64,000 nt of DNA from a bacterium (GTDB lineage Bacteria > Babelota > Babeliae > Babelales > UBA12409): contig JAKANL010000003.1 in NCBI GenBank assembly GCA_021823685.1, positions 18,189 to 82,188 on the forward strand, written 5' to 3'. The notes below the pieces were generated by a model. It was not told the DNA's origin and did no database searches. It saw only the letters and a program-made list of their open reading frames with translations. Positions 1-8,980 of the stretch are shown here, in pieces. Numbering within the stretch: position 1 is the stretch's first letter; every line of letters starts with the position of its first letter. The position numbers were made by a program, and so were the translations under genes.

Positions 1-3000
1 CAAAACGCTGTCCACCAAACTGCGCCTTACCGCCCAACGGCTGCTGCGTAACCAACGAGTACGGACCAACGGAACGAGCGTGTAATTTATCATCAACCAT
101 GTGGTTCAGTTTCATCATGTAAATTGAACCAACCGTTACTGGCTGATCAAAATAATCGCCACTTCGACCGTCTTTAACGTAATACGCACCTGATTCAGAC
201 AAGCCCAATTTTTTCAAAATAGGTCTGACATCTTCCTCAAACTCGGGTCCATCAAACACCGGCGTAACAAAGTGCATGCCCTCTTTGGCAATCGATTGCG
301 CCAGCGCCTTCAAACCGTTTTTACCGTACGATTCCGCATACGTCTCAACGAATTTCTTACCAAACCATTCAGCCAAATAATCTTCGACGACGGTCTGTCC
401 GCTCGTTTCCATTAATTGCTGCAACTGGCGTCCGATTTCAGCACCGGCAAAGCCCAAAATGGTTTCTAAAATTTGTCCAACGTTCATACGCGAAGGAACA
501 CCAATTGGATTCAATACGATATCAATCGTACGCCCATCATCCAAGTGAGGCATGTCTTCACGCGGAACCAAAATCGAGACAACACCCTTGTTACCATGGC
601 GTCCGGCAAGCTTATCGCCCACCTGAACGTGGCGCTTAGAAGCAATATACACTTTAACCATCTTGATAACACCGGATGGTAAAGGATCACCTTTTTTCAA
701 TTCGTTAATGCGTTCTTTTTTGAGATTTTCAAGAACGGCAATCTGTGTTTGATACGATTTAGTCAAACTTTGTAATTTTGCGTTTATTTTTTCATCGTTG
801 GTGCGAACGGCTAAAAGCTTTTCAATCGCCAATTCAGCCAGCGCATCAACATCAAACGTTTTCTTATTTTTCAATAATTTCTGCGCAACTTTTGGTGCTG
901 GTTGTTCTTTTGCCATGAGCCCAATAAGTTTTTGTGCCACCATGCCCGATAAAATAACAACGTGTTTTTCGTGCTCGGCGTTAATTTTATTGGTTTGTGC
1001 AGCAACAACCTCCTTGTATCGCTTATCTTTGCGGATACCGCTACGTGAAAAGACTTTCACGTCAACTACCGTACCATCGACTCCAGGTGGTACGCGCAGC
1101 GAAGTATCACGCACTTCACGCGATTTTTCACCAAAAATGGCGCGTAACAATTTTTCTTCAGGCGAATATTGGATATCACCCTTGAGGGTAACTTTACCGA
1201 CCAAAATATCACCAGGTTTGACGCGTGCCCCAACTTTAACGACACCATCATCGTCCAACGCGCTCAATGCTTTTTCACTGACATTTGGAATATCACGCGT
1301 AATTTCTTCAGGTCCAAGCTTGGTATCACGTGCCTCAACAATGTAATCATCGATATGAACCGATGTTAACGTGCCATCAGCAACCAATCGACGATTAAGC
1401 ACAATAGCGTCTTCAAAGTTGTATCCATGCCATGGCATAAATGCAACCAGCAAATTGGTTCCCAACGCTAATTCGCCCTGAGCAATCGCAGCACCATCAG
1501 TTAACACCTGACCTTTTTCTACGCGCTGACCAGGACGCACGATAGGCCGTTGGTGAATCCACGTGCTGTGGCTCGACAATTCAAAGTTACGCAGATGATA
1601 CGTATCTACGCCCTGCGCAATCCACGAATCTGTAGTATTAAAAACCGTTTCATCGGCACGAATAATAATCGTATCGGCCGAAACGTACTCAACGGTTCCG
1701 TTACGACGAGCCAAAACAATGGCGCACGAAGCTTTACACACCTCGTTTTCCATGCCGGTTCCAACAATGGCAGCCTGACAACGTACGAGTGGTACGGCTT
1801 GGCGTTGCATGTTGGCGCCCATAAGCGCACGGCTTGCATCGTCGTGTTCCAAAAAGGGAATCAGAGCCGCAGCAACGGACACTAATTGTTTTGGCGACAA
1901 ATCGATATATTCAACGGTTTTAATATCGGTATATAAAAAGTTACCTTCGTAACGAGCCAATACTTGGTTATGGGCAATTTTTCTGCCGCTTTCGTCAACC
2001 GCATCGGCTTGCGCAATATAGCGGCCAGATTCTTGGAAGGCGTCTAAAAAGACAACTTCGTCAATAATTTTACCATCTTTAACCGGACGATACGCCGTTT
2101 CAATAAAACCTAAATCGTTAACCATGGCGTACGTAGCAAGCGAAGAAATAAGACCGATGGTTTGACCTTCTGGTGTTTCAATCGGACAAATACGGCCGTA
2201 GTGTGAAGTATGCACGTCACGAACTTCGTACGTCGCACGATCTTTCATAACACCGCCGGGTCCGAGGGCCGATAAACGACGTTTATGCGCCAACTCAGAC
2301 AACGGGTTCGTTTGATCCATAAACTGTGATAACTGTCCCGTTCCGAAAAATTCACGTAACACCGCGCTTAAAGGTTTCACGTTAAGCAGGTCTTGCGGCA
2401 TGAGCGTGCCATGTAAATCTTGTACACGGAAACGTTCGCGAACAATACGCTCTATGCGGGCAAAGCCAACATAAAATTGGTTGCCCAAAAGTTCGCCTAC
2501 CAAACGTACACGGCGATTTCCCAAGTGGTCGATATCATCAAGTTCGCCTTCACCACGTTCACGTAAATTAACCAGATAACGCATCGTTGCCAAAATATCT
2601 TCGCGCGTCAACGCCATAACGTCTTCGGCAATGTCAAGTTCGAGCTTTTTGTTCATGCGAACACGCCCAACACGCGTCAGATCATACATACGCGGCGAGA
2701 AGAAAAGATTTTCAAGGCGCTCTTGCATATCTTTTGCTGAAGCACTATCTCCCGGCCATACTTTATGATACACCTCTTTGATCGCTTGATCCTGCGTATG
2801 GCATGAATCGCTGGCCAACGTCATAGCAATCGTTGGCTGGAAGACATAACCGAATGACATAATCAATTCAAAAGAAAGCCCTTTATGAGCTTTAAATGAT
2901 TCAAAGTGTTCCTCGGTAAATGCCTCACCCTGAACGGCTAAAACTTCACCCGTTGAAGAAGCTACAACGTCTTTGGCAAACACTTTATTAAGCAATTGGG

Positions 3001-4093
3001 CTTGATTTAACTCAAAGCGATCAATTCCCGCGTTTTTTAACTCGTCAAGCATTTCCTGCGTAACGCGTCTTCCCGCAAACCGCGCCTCAGATTTCTTATC
3101 GAGCATGCCGCTTTCAATACGCTGACCGACAATGTGAGGACCCACCGGCTGAAAATAACCGGCCTTATCAACCACAACGCGGTACGGCGTGTAAAACTGC
3201 GACATAATTTGATTGCGTGCAATGCCAAGCGCTTGCAAGAAAGTCGTTGCAAGAACCTTCTTTTTTTTGTCGATACGCACATACAACAAGTCGTTGTTGT
3301 CAAACTCAAGATCAATCCATGAGCCACGCATAGGAATGATGCGCGCCAGATAATATGGACGACCGCGTAAATCGCTGGCCCTTTTACTCTTAGAAAATAC
3401 AACGCCCGGAGAACGGTGCATTTGGCTCACAACAACGCGATCAACCCCATTAATCAAAAATGTTCCTTGGTTGCCCAATTGGTAACGGCCGTCATCTTCA
3501 TACACGTCAGCCATCACCGGAACATCGGCTAAAAATATATCTTGTTCTTTGATGTCACGCACAAAACGTGATCCATCAGCGGTTTTATCCCAACCAACAA
3601 GTTGGACCTTAATGCGTAAAGGAAGTGCAAAAGTTTGTCCGCTTGAGCGGCAAGCAGCAACGGTCATTGGCAATTTTAATTGCACACGCGTCAAACAAAT
3701 GGCACATGTGCGATAACGAGACACGTCTTTTTTCTTGCACTTGGCACATGCAAAATCAGAACTCAAGCGCGAACACTCTTCGTGTCCACACGCGGTGCAT
3801 GTCCAGGTATATCGATTTGCAATACCGGTCAATTTGCCGCAGGTGCACGCCCAATCACCGAGCTGATAACTCACAAATTCCAGCGAGACTTTGTCCTCAT
3901 GATTGATTGGAAAAGTATCTCGCAATACTTTTTCCAATCCAACGGCAAGACGCTCCGATGGAAGATAATCGAGTTGCACAAAATCGTTAAACGATTTAGA
4001 CTGCACCTCAATTAAATTAGGAACAGCTACGGCGTCCTTTAATTTGCCAAACGCTCTACGAACGACCTGCTTGCTTAGCTCCGGATAAGACAT
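1..4093 (-). CDS. rpoB: DNA-directed RNA polymerase subunit beta; C-terminal end cut by window edge
   Basis: Manual minus-strand translation from ATG (4093-4091) gives MSYPELSKQVVRRAFGKLKDAVAVPNLIEVQSKSF...FLINGVDRVVVSQMHRSPGVVF. Near position 1 it reads ...MMKLNHMVDDKLHARSVGPYSLVTQQPLGGKAQFGGQRF. Both are classic RpoB blocks. No stop in the window, so it is absent from the ORF track. It follows rplL as in the conserved rplKAJL-rpoBC order. Confidence 0.95.
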   Translation of the reverse strand, partial: MSYPELSKQVVRRAFGKLKDAVAVPNLIEVQSKSFNDFVQLDYLPSERLAVGLEKVLRDTFPINHEDKVSLEFVSYQLGDWACTCGKLTGIANRYTWTCTACGHEECSRLSSDFACAKCKKKDVSRYRTCAICLTRVQLKLPMTVAACRSSGQTFALPLRIKVQLVGWDKTADGSRFVRDIKEQDIFLADVPVMADVYEDDGRYQLGNQGTFLINGVDRVVVSQMHRSPGVVFSKSKRASDLRGRPYYLARIIPMRGSWIDLEFDNNDLLYVRIDKKKKVLATTFLQALGIARNQIMSQFYTPYRVVVDKAGYFQPVGPHIVGQRIESGMLDKKSEARFAGRRVTQEMLDELKNAGIDRFELNQAQLLNKVFAKDVVASSTGEVLAVQGEAFTEEHFESFKAHKGLSFELIMSFGYVFQPTIAMTLASDSCHTQDQAIKEVYHKVWPGDSASAKDMQERLENLFFSPRMYDLTRVGRVRMNKKLELDIAEDVMALTREDILATMRYLVNLRERGEGELDDIDHLGNRRVRLVGELLGNQFYVGFARIERIVRERFRVQDLHGTLMPQDLLNVKPLSAVLREFFGTGQLSQFMDQTNPLSELAHKRRLSALGPGGVMKDRATYEVRDVHTSHYGRICPIETPEGQTIGLISSLATYAMVNDLGFIETAYRPVKDGKIIDEVVFLDAFQESGRYIAQADAVDESGRKIAHNQVLARYEGNFLYTDIKTVEYIDLSPKQLVSVAAALIPFLEHDDASRALMGANMQRQAVPLVRCQAAIVGTGMENEVCKASCAIVLARRNGTVEYVSADTIIIRADETVFNTTDSWIAQGVDTYHLRNFELSSHSTWIHQRPIVRPGQRVEKGQVLTDGAAIAQGELALGTNLLVAFMPWHGYNFEDAIVLNRRLVADGTLTSVHIDDYIVEARDTKLGPEEITRDIPNVSEKALSALDDDGVVKVGARVKPGDILVGKVTLKGDIQYSPEEKLLRAIFGEKSREVRDTSLRVPPGVDGTVVDVKVFSRSGIRKDKRYKEVVAAQTNKINAEHEKHVVILSGMVAQKLIGLMAKEQPAPKVAQKLLKNKKTFDVDALAELAIEKLLAVRTNDEKINAKLQSLTKSYQTQIAVLENLKKERINELKKGDPLPSGVIKMVKVYIASKRHVQVGDKLAGRHGNKGVVSILVPREDMPHLDDGRTIDIVLNPIGVPSRMNVGQILETILGFAGAEIGRQLQQLMETSGQTVVEDYLAEWFGKKFVETYAESYGKNGLKALAQSIAKEGMHFVTPVFDGPEFEEDVRPILKKLGLSESGAYYVKDGRSGDYFDQPVTVGSIYMMKLNHMVDDKLHARSVGPYSLVTQQPLGGKAQFGGQRF

Positions 4094-4134
4094 CAAGCGG
4101 TACCTCCTAAAACACAAATGGCCCTAAGCCTAAG

Positions 4135-4524
4135 TTAGGCTAATTCTACTTTCGCACCTGCAGCTTCCAACGTCTCCTTCATTTTTTTAGCTTCATCCTT
4201 AGGAGCAGCTTCGGCAATAACCGATGGCGCACCTTCAACCTGATTTTTGGCATCAGTCAAACTCAAACCGTTAACGACTGAGCGCAATGCCTTAATAACT
4301 TTAATTTTATCTGCGCCAGAATCTTTTAAGGTTACTTTGAATTCGGCCTTTTCTTCAACGGCGGCCGCAGGAGCACCCGCAGCTGGCGCAGCCACCGCTG
4401 CCGCGACCGGCATTGCAGCTGAAACACCAAATTCTTCTTCAAGCGCCTTAACCAAGGTAGCAAGATCTTTAACAGACATATCTGCTATTTGCTTAAGAAT
4501 TTCCTCTACACTTTTAGATGCCAT
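4135..4524 (-). CDS. rplL: 50S ribosomal protein L7/L12
   Basis: 129-aa ORF with Ala/Pro hinge and C-terminal ...[16 protein letters not shown]...[12 protein letters not shown]...[16 protein letters not shown], typical L7/L12; conserved position. Confidence 0.95.
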   Translation of the reverse strand: MASKSVEEILKQIADMSVKDLATLVKALEEEFGVSAAMPVAAAVAAPAAGAPAAAVEEKAEFKVTLKDSGADKIKVIKALRSVVNGLSLTDAKNQVEGAPSVIAEAAPKDEAKKMKETLEAAGAKVELA

Positions 4525-4557
4525 ATGAATTCTCCAAAAAATTAAATAATGACCAAC

Positions 4558-5073
4558 TCACGATTCTTTTTGTTTCTTCTCGGCGATTTGCGCCAAAACG
4601 ATTACCAAACGGCTCATCATAATATTTAACATGCCAACACAACGTGATATCGGCGCTTGCATAGTCCCTACCAGCTGGGCAAGCAACACTTCACGCGCAG
4701 GCAACGTTGCGATAAAACGTACCGTTTCCTTGTCGCAAACTTCATGCTCAAAATAACCACCGACTATTTCAAATTTTTCATTTTGTTCGGCAAATTGTTG
4801 CAATGTTTTCGCGATAGCCGTTGGTTCTTGCGCAGCAAATACTACCGCCCGTTGTTCCTTAAAATATGGGTCAAGCTCTTTGGTATCAAGAGCGCGTTTC
4901 AACAAACGCATTTTGACAACTTTAAAGCTACCACCCTTACTTCTCAGATCTTTGCGTAATTTTTGCAAAGCACTTACCGGCAACCCCTTATAGCCAACCA
5001 CATAGGCCGCGCTTGAAGCTCCGAATTGCTGTTTAAGCGTGCCTACCAAATCTTCTTTTTGCTGACGATTCAT
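4558..5073 (-). CDS. rplJ: 50S ribosomal protein L10
   Basis: 171-aa ORF MNRQQKEDLVGTLKQQF...; position between rplA and rplL; L10-like length and N-terminus. Confidence 0.92.
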   Translation of the reverse strand: MNRQQKEDLVGTLKQQFGASSAAYVVGYKGLPVSALQKLRKDLRSKGGSFKVVKMRLLKRALDTKELDPYFKEQRAVVFAAQEPTAIAKTLQQFAEQNEKFEIVGGYFEHEVCDKETVRFIATLPAREVLLAQLVGTMQAPISRCVGMLNIMMSRLVIVLAQIAEKKQKES

Positions 5074-5088
5074 ACTCGTTTCCCTGCC

Positions 5089-5790
5089 TTACACCTTAAA
5101 CGCGTCATCAAGCTCAACGAGCACGCCGGGCCCCATGGTTGAAGACACAATAACCTTTTTAACAAATCGCCCCTTTGCCGTTGCAGGACGAGAGGCAATC
5201 AATGCTTTCATAAACGCAACAAAATTGTCATGCAATTTTTGCTCGTCAAAAGAAACTTTACCAAGAGGCAAATGTACTAAGCCGCCACGATCACTCTTAA
5301 AGAAAGTTCGGCCACCCTTGAGATCTTTGATAATCGCCGTAACGTCAAAAGTCACGGTACCAGTCTTTTTATTAGGCAATAAGCCACGGGGCCCCAAAAT
5401 TTTTGCCAGACGCCCGATAACGCCCATTTGATCTGGCGTAGCAACCGCGCAATCAAAATCAAGCCAACCACCCTCAATTTTTTCGACCATATCTTCAACA
5501 CCGATATAGTCAGCGCCTGCCGCCGCGGCTTCGTCGGCATATTTACCTTTGGCGAAAACTACCACGCGCACTTTCTTGCCAATACCATGCGGATAAAGCA
5601 CTGATCCACGTACCGCCTGTTCACTCTTTTCTGGATCAATACCCAACGTCACGTCAACGCCAACCGTTTCATCAAATTTGGCGTGTGCCACTTTTTTGAC
5701 CAATCCAAGCGCTTGCTTAGAATCAACGGACGCAGGCATGGCTGCCAATTGCTCCATTGCGGCCTGATATTTCTTTCCTCGATCAGCCAT
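5089..5790 (-). CDS. rplA: 50S ribosomal protein L1
   Basis: 233-aa ORF ...KFDETVGVDVTLGIDP...VRGSVLYPHGIGK...PRGLLPNKKTGTVT..., typical L1 blocks. Confidence 0.95.
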   Translation of the reverse strand: MADRGKKYQAAMEQLAAMPASVDSKQALGLVKKVAHAKFDETVGVDVTLGIDPEKSEQAVRGSVLYPHGIGKKVRVVVFAKGKYADEAAAAGADYIGVEDMVEKIEGGWLDFDCAVATPDQMGVIGRLAKILGPRGLLPNKKTGTVTFDVTAIIKDLKGGRTFFKSDRGGLVHLPLGKVSFDEQKLHDNFVAFMKALIASRPATAKGRFVKKVIVSSTMGPGVLVELDDAFKV

Positions 5791-5809
5791 TGTGCATATC
5801 CTTACCAGT

Positions 5810-6235
5810 TTAATCTTTTACTTCGATGCCCATGCTGCGGGCACTTCCGGCGATAATTTTTTTTGCCTGTTCAATGTCGTGCGCGTTTAAGTCGGGCATT
5901 TTAATACGCGCTATTTCTTCCACATCTTTCCATGTGACGCGACCGACATACCCCGTGTGAACCGACGCTCCCTTTTCCACATTCGCCTTTTTTCGAATCA
6001 ATTCGCTGGCCGGCGGTGTTTTGCATACGAAATCAAACGTACGATCTTGATACACGGTAATGATAACCGGCACCGTCTGCCCCTTGCGATCTGCTGTGGC
6101 GGCATTAAACTTTTTGCAAAAATCCATAAGATTGACGCCATGTTGCCCTAACGCAGAGCCAACCGGTGGCGCCGGGTTAGCGCTTCCACCAGCAATCAGC
6201 AATTTTATATTTGCTTTAATCGGTTTTGTTGCCAT
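5810..6235 (-). CDS. rplK: 50S ribosomal protein L11
   Basis: 141-aa ORF ...[35 protein letters not shown]..., typical L11 N-terminal domain. Confidence 0.95.
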   Translation of the reverse strand: MATKPIKANIKLLIAGGSANPAPPVGSALGQHGVNLMDFCKKFNAATADRKGQTVPVIITVYQDRTFDFVCKTPPASELIRKKANVEKGASVHTGYVGRVTWKDVEEIARIKMPDLNAHDIEQAKKIIAGSARSMGIEVKD

Positions 6236-6250
6236 TTGTTTAACCTAACA

Positions 6251-6769
6251 CTATCGTTTTACCTGATCAAAATTTAATTCTACCGGCGTCATGCGACCAA
6301 AGATGCTCACCATAACCGTCAGACGCTCGTTTTCTTTGTCGACACTTTCTACAATCCCTACAAACCCGCCAAAGGCCCCGCCAACAATATCAACTTCATT
6401 GCCCACGGTGAAATCCGGCGCTTCACTTTTCACAACCACTTCACCTTTTACTGTTGCTCTAATGCGATCGATCTCACGCGCGGAAATTGCTTCAGGACTC
6501 TTACCGCCCAAAAACTTGAGCACACGCGGCGTTTGACTAACGAGCTGGATACTCTCGGGAACCGCGTCCATTTCAACAAGAACGTATCCCGGAAACAGAC
6601 GCTGATCCTTGGCTTCTTGTGTCGAAAATAATTCTTTAACTTGTGCAGACGGAATAAGAACCTCTCCAAACATACTCTCTAACCCGAGCTCTTTGATCCG
6701 CTTGGTTATATCGGCTTTTACGTGATCCTCGTAGCCGGCGTAAACCTGAACTACATACCAACGTTTCAT
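6251..6769 (-). CDS. nusG: transcription termination/antitermination factor NusG
   Basis: 172-aa ORF MKRWYVVQVYAGYEDHV... (NGN domain) with a KOW-like C-terminus ...GNEVDIVGGAFGGFVGIVESVD...; between secE and rplK. Confidence 0.93.
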   Translation of the reverse strand: MKRWYVVQVYAGYEDHVKADITKRIKELGLESMFGEVLIPSAQVKELFSTQEAKDQRLFPGYVLVEMDAVPESIQLVSQTPRVLKFLGGKSPEAISAREIDRIRATVKGEVVVKSEAPDFTVGNEVDIVGGAFGGFVGIVESVDKENERLTVMVSIFGRMTPVELNFDQVKR

Positions 6770-6808
6770 CGTAACAGCCCCCCGAATAAACTCACCACGT
6801 TATCGCAA

Positions 6809-7009
6809 CTATTGTGCATATAAGTATTCGCTTAATACTCGAAAGCCAAAATCAATAACACCCAAATAAACCGCAAAAGCAGCAATGATACAAAGTACTA
6901 CGACGGTTGTCCCAATAAACTCTGGAAAACTCGGCCAGGTAACCCGGCTGAGCTCTTGACGAACTTCTTTGAAAAAAATCACCAAATTTGTCATTGACTT
7001 ACACACCAC
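6809..7009 (-). CDS. secE: preprotein translocase subunit SecE
   Basis: Small ORF with ...FFKEVRQELSRVTWPS...EFIGTTVVVLCIIAAFAVYLGVIDF (single TM), immediately upstream of nusG. The GTG start at 7009 or the ATG at 6994 are both possible. Confidence 0.8.
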   Translation of the reverse strand: MVCKSMTNLVIFFKEVRQELSRVTWPSFPEFIGTTVVVLCIIAAFAVYLGVIDFGFRVLSEYLYAQ

Positions 7010-7107
7010 CGTTATTCAGACCAACAACCAGCCACATCACACATCCCCTTTACCCCATGGTACCCACCGCCGGCAAATTCCGGCCTCGCCGGGTCGCCTT
7101 GCAAGTC

Positions 7108-7183
7108 TGGCAGGCCAGGAGGGACTCGAACCCCCAACCTTCAGATTTGGAGTCTGTCGCTCTACCATTCGAGCTACTGGCCT
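7108..7183 (-). tRNA. tRNA-Trp (anticodon CCA)
   Basis: rc reads AGGCCAGTAGCTCGAATGGTAGAGCGACAGACTCCAAATCTGAAGGTTGGGGGTTCGAGTCCCTCCTGGCCTGCCA. Acceptor AGGCCAG/CTGGCCT pairs, loop is CT-CCA-AA, T-arm is GGTTCGAGTCC, and CCA is encoded. Confidence 0.9.
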
Positions 7184-7332
7184 CACTCGCGCGGCCACGC
7201 GCCGCGTTACTTAAACTGTTCTCCTCCACCGCTCCACTCGAACCCAATAAATTCGTCTCTTTTTCACCCCGCGCGGTCCTTTGCAAATCCCTGAAGATTG
7301 ACCACCCGGCATTTTCGACGAATCCACTGATC

Positions 7333-7408
7333 TGGAGCCCGCGACCGGGATTGAACCGGTGACCTCTCCCTTACCAAGGAAGTGCTCTACCAACTGAGCT
7401 ACGTGGGC
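7333..7408 (-). tRNA. tRNA-Thr (anticodon GGU)
   Basis: rc reads GCCCACGTAGCTCAGTTGGTAGAGCACTTCCTTGGTAAGGGAGAGGTCACCGGTTCAATCCCGGTCGCGGGCTCCA. Anticodon loop is TT-GGT-AA. There is one A-C mismatch in the acceptor stem. Confidence 0.85.
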
Positions 7409-7585
7409 TTCTCTTACCTAACAACCTCACACTTTTTATATATAGGTTAAAGTAAAAAAAGAAAAAAAACAACTCGCATAGTTGCGTTTTTATGCACGGT
7501 TGCCCTACTTTTACCTACCTTCGGCCTTCTAATTACAGTCAATTCCTCGATTTTATCGCCTTTTTTGACTGTCGCCGACACTTTT

Positions 7586-7661
7586 TGGAGCTGGCGATTG
7601 GATTCGAACCAACGACCTGCTGATTACAAATCAGCTGCTCTACCAGCTGAGCTACGCCAGC
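7586..7661 (-). tRNA. tRNA-Thr (anticodon UGU)
   Basis: rc reads GCTGGCGTAGCTCAGCTGGTAGAGCAGCTGATTTGTAATCAGCAGGTCGTTGGTTCGAATCCAATCGCCAGCTCCA. Acceptor pairing is perfect and the loop is TT-TGT-AA. Confidence 0.9.
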
Positions 7662-7676
7662 GCTCTTTGAATATGT

Positions 7677-7752
7677 TGGAGCGGGAAACGGGACTCGAAC
7701 CCGCAACCTGCAGCTTGGAAGGCTGCCGCTCTAGCCATTGAGCTATTCCCGC
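7677..7752 (-). tRNA. tRNA-Gly (anticodon UCC)
   Basis: rc reads GCGGGAATAGCTCAATGGCTAGAGCGGCAGCCTTCCAAGCTGCAGGTTGCGGGTTCGAGTCCCGTTTCCCGCTCCA. Loop is CT-TCC-AA. Confidence 0.9.
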
Positions 7753-7756
7753 AACC

Positions 7757-7841
7757 TGGTGGTGAGGGTAGGATTTGAACCTACGAAGGCAGAGCCAACG
7801 GATTTACAGTCCGTCCCCTTTGACCGCTCGGGAACCTCACC
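7757..7841 (-). tRNA. tRNA-Tyr (anticodon GUA), long variable arm
   Basis: rc reads GGTGAGGTTCCCGAGCGGTCAAAGGGGACGGACTGTAAATCCGTTGGCTCTGCCTTCGTAGGTTCAAATCCTACCCTCACCACCA. Loop is CT-GTA-AA. It has a class II extra arm. Confidence 0.9.
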
Positions 7842-8041
7842 ACGGATATTACTATGATAGAGATTTTTCAGTGTTTTTCAACTGTTTTGGCTCGTGTTAC
7901 CCCATCATTCGATAAGATTCAACACCCATCTCAAGCACCAGTTTTAGGCCCTATTCAATTGACTTTTTTGGCCCTTTTGTTATGCTTTATTTATGTACCG
8001 CTGAAATGGACGGCATCTTCTTTATCCGGTGGAGGTTATCT

Positions 8042-8830
8042 GTGAAAAAGTTTGTTTTTTCTCTCTTACTACTATCGCCAATAGTCGTACGTTCGTGCCC
8101 TGACGATTTGGTCAAATACACCGTCGATAACACGCACTTACCTCTCGTCAAACGTATTGTCGCCCATGGTTCGGCACGGCTCAATGCGCAAGAGCCGCCA
8201 GTCTATGTAACCGACTCCCTTGCCTCAACGGACATACTCAGAAAACCGTCGTGTATTTTTATCAGCGAAAACTTTAACAACGGTTCTTACCCTCTTAAAA
8301 AAATCGCTCTTTTAAGCACGGTCTATAATGGCCGGCAACGTAATGATGAAAAACACAATTTTCATAAAGTATTGCCAGGTTCACGTACTATTGAGCAAGA
8401 AGCGCACACTCAAGCAATTCTTTGCGCCAACTGCCCAGCGTGTGTGCACGATTTTAGCTGCAGTCACATGCACACCAGTGCACGAAATTTAACCGCACAG
8501 GAACTGGCCGATTTGACCAAACAACTTAAAGATGCGCCGCTTTGCCCATATCACCGCGCCATTGTCAACCGATTTACCTATCGCCTGGTCAACTGGATCT
8601 ATTTCTTGGGATCAAAAGTATACCCCAAAAACCGCATAACCGACGAAAACATAAACGCAATGATCAGGAGCAAAAACGAAAAGAGATATATCAAAGCCAT
8701 CTTCGATTGCGTTTGGATGACAGTGACCAGTATTCCTGAAGCCATCAACAAATCATTTTTTGAATACGCCAACCGATGGATCGGCCGTGACGTTGAAGAA
8801 AAAATCGCCAAGGGCGAATTAGAAGTTTAA
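8042..8830 (+). CDS. hypothetical secreted Cys-rich protein, paralog A (HExxH motif absent)
   Basis: ORF track gives 7982-8830. A GTG at 8042 preceded by GGAGG (8031-8035) gives a signal-like VKKFVFSLLLLSPIVVRS. Shares HGS.RL, CP.C.HD, LCPYHR and the C-terminus ANRWIGRDVEEKIAKGELEV with the next gene. Confidence 0.6.
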   Translation: MKKFVFSLLLLSPIVVRSCPDDLVKYTVDNTHLPLVKRIVAHGSARLNAQEPPVYVTDSLASTDILRKPSCIFISENFNNGSYPLKKIALLSTVYNGRQRNDEKHNFHKVLPGSRTIEQEAHTQAILCANCPACVHDFSCSHMHTSARNLTAQELADLTKQLKDAPLCPYHRAIVNRFTYRLVNWIYFLGSKVYPKNRITDENINAMIRSKNEKRYIKAIFDCVWMTVTSIPEAINKSFFEYANRWIGRDVEEKIAKGELEV

Positions 8831-8980
8831 ACCTACCCTCCATGGGGGCGCTTCCCAAGCTTACCGTGTCAAAATAGACAGCGGGTCCCTAAAAAATAAC
8901 AAAAAACTTCTTATGGCTATAATATCTGTAGGATCTTCGATAAATCAAAATATCGTTCGAAAGTTTAGGGAGGTTCAATC

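Noticed and set aside
473-4015. About ten plus- and minus-strand track ORFs (for example 798-1346, 1550-1885, 3037-3402, 3680-4015) inside the first 4 kb
   Set aside because: All lie within or antisense to the uninterrupted rpoB reading frame on the minus strand. Their translations are low-complexity and unlike any protein family. They are frame artefacts of a long, constrained gene.
7184-7332. Remnant of tuf, rpmG (L33) or a sixth tRNA in the gap between tRNA-Thr(GGU) and tRNA-Trp
   Set aside because: The translations in all frames show no EF-Tu or L33 signature (no Cys-pair KNKRN motif). The GGGTTCGAGTGG stretch lacks a pairing T-stem and acceptor. The only ORF (7211-7393) runs through the tRNA gene.
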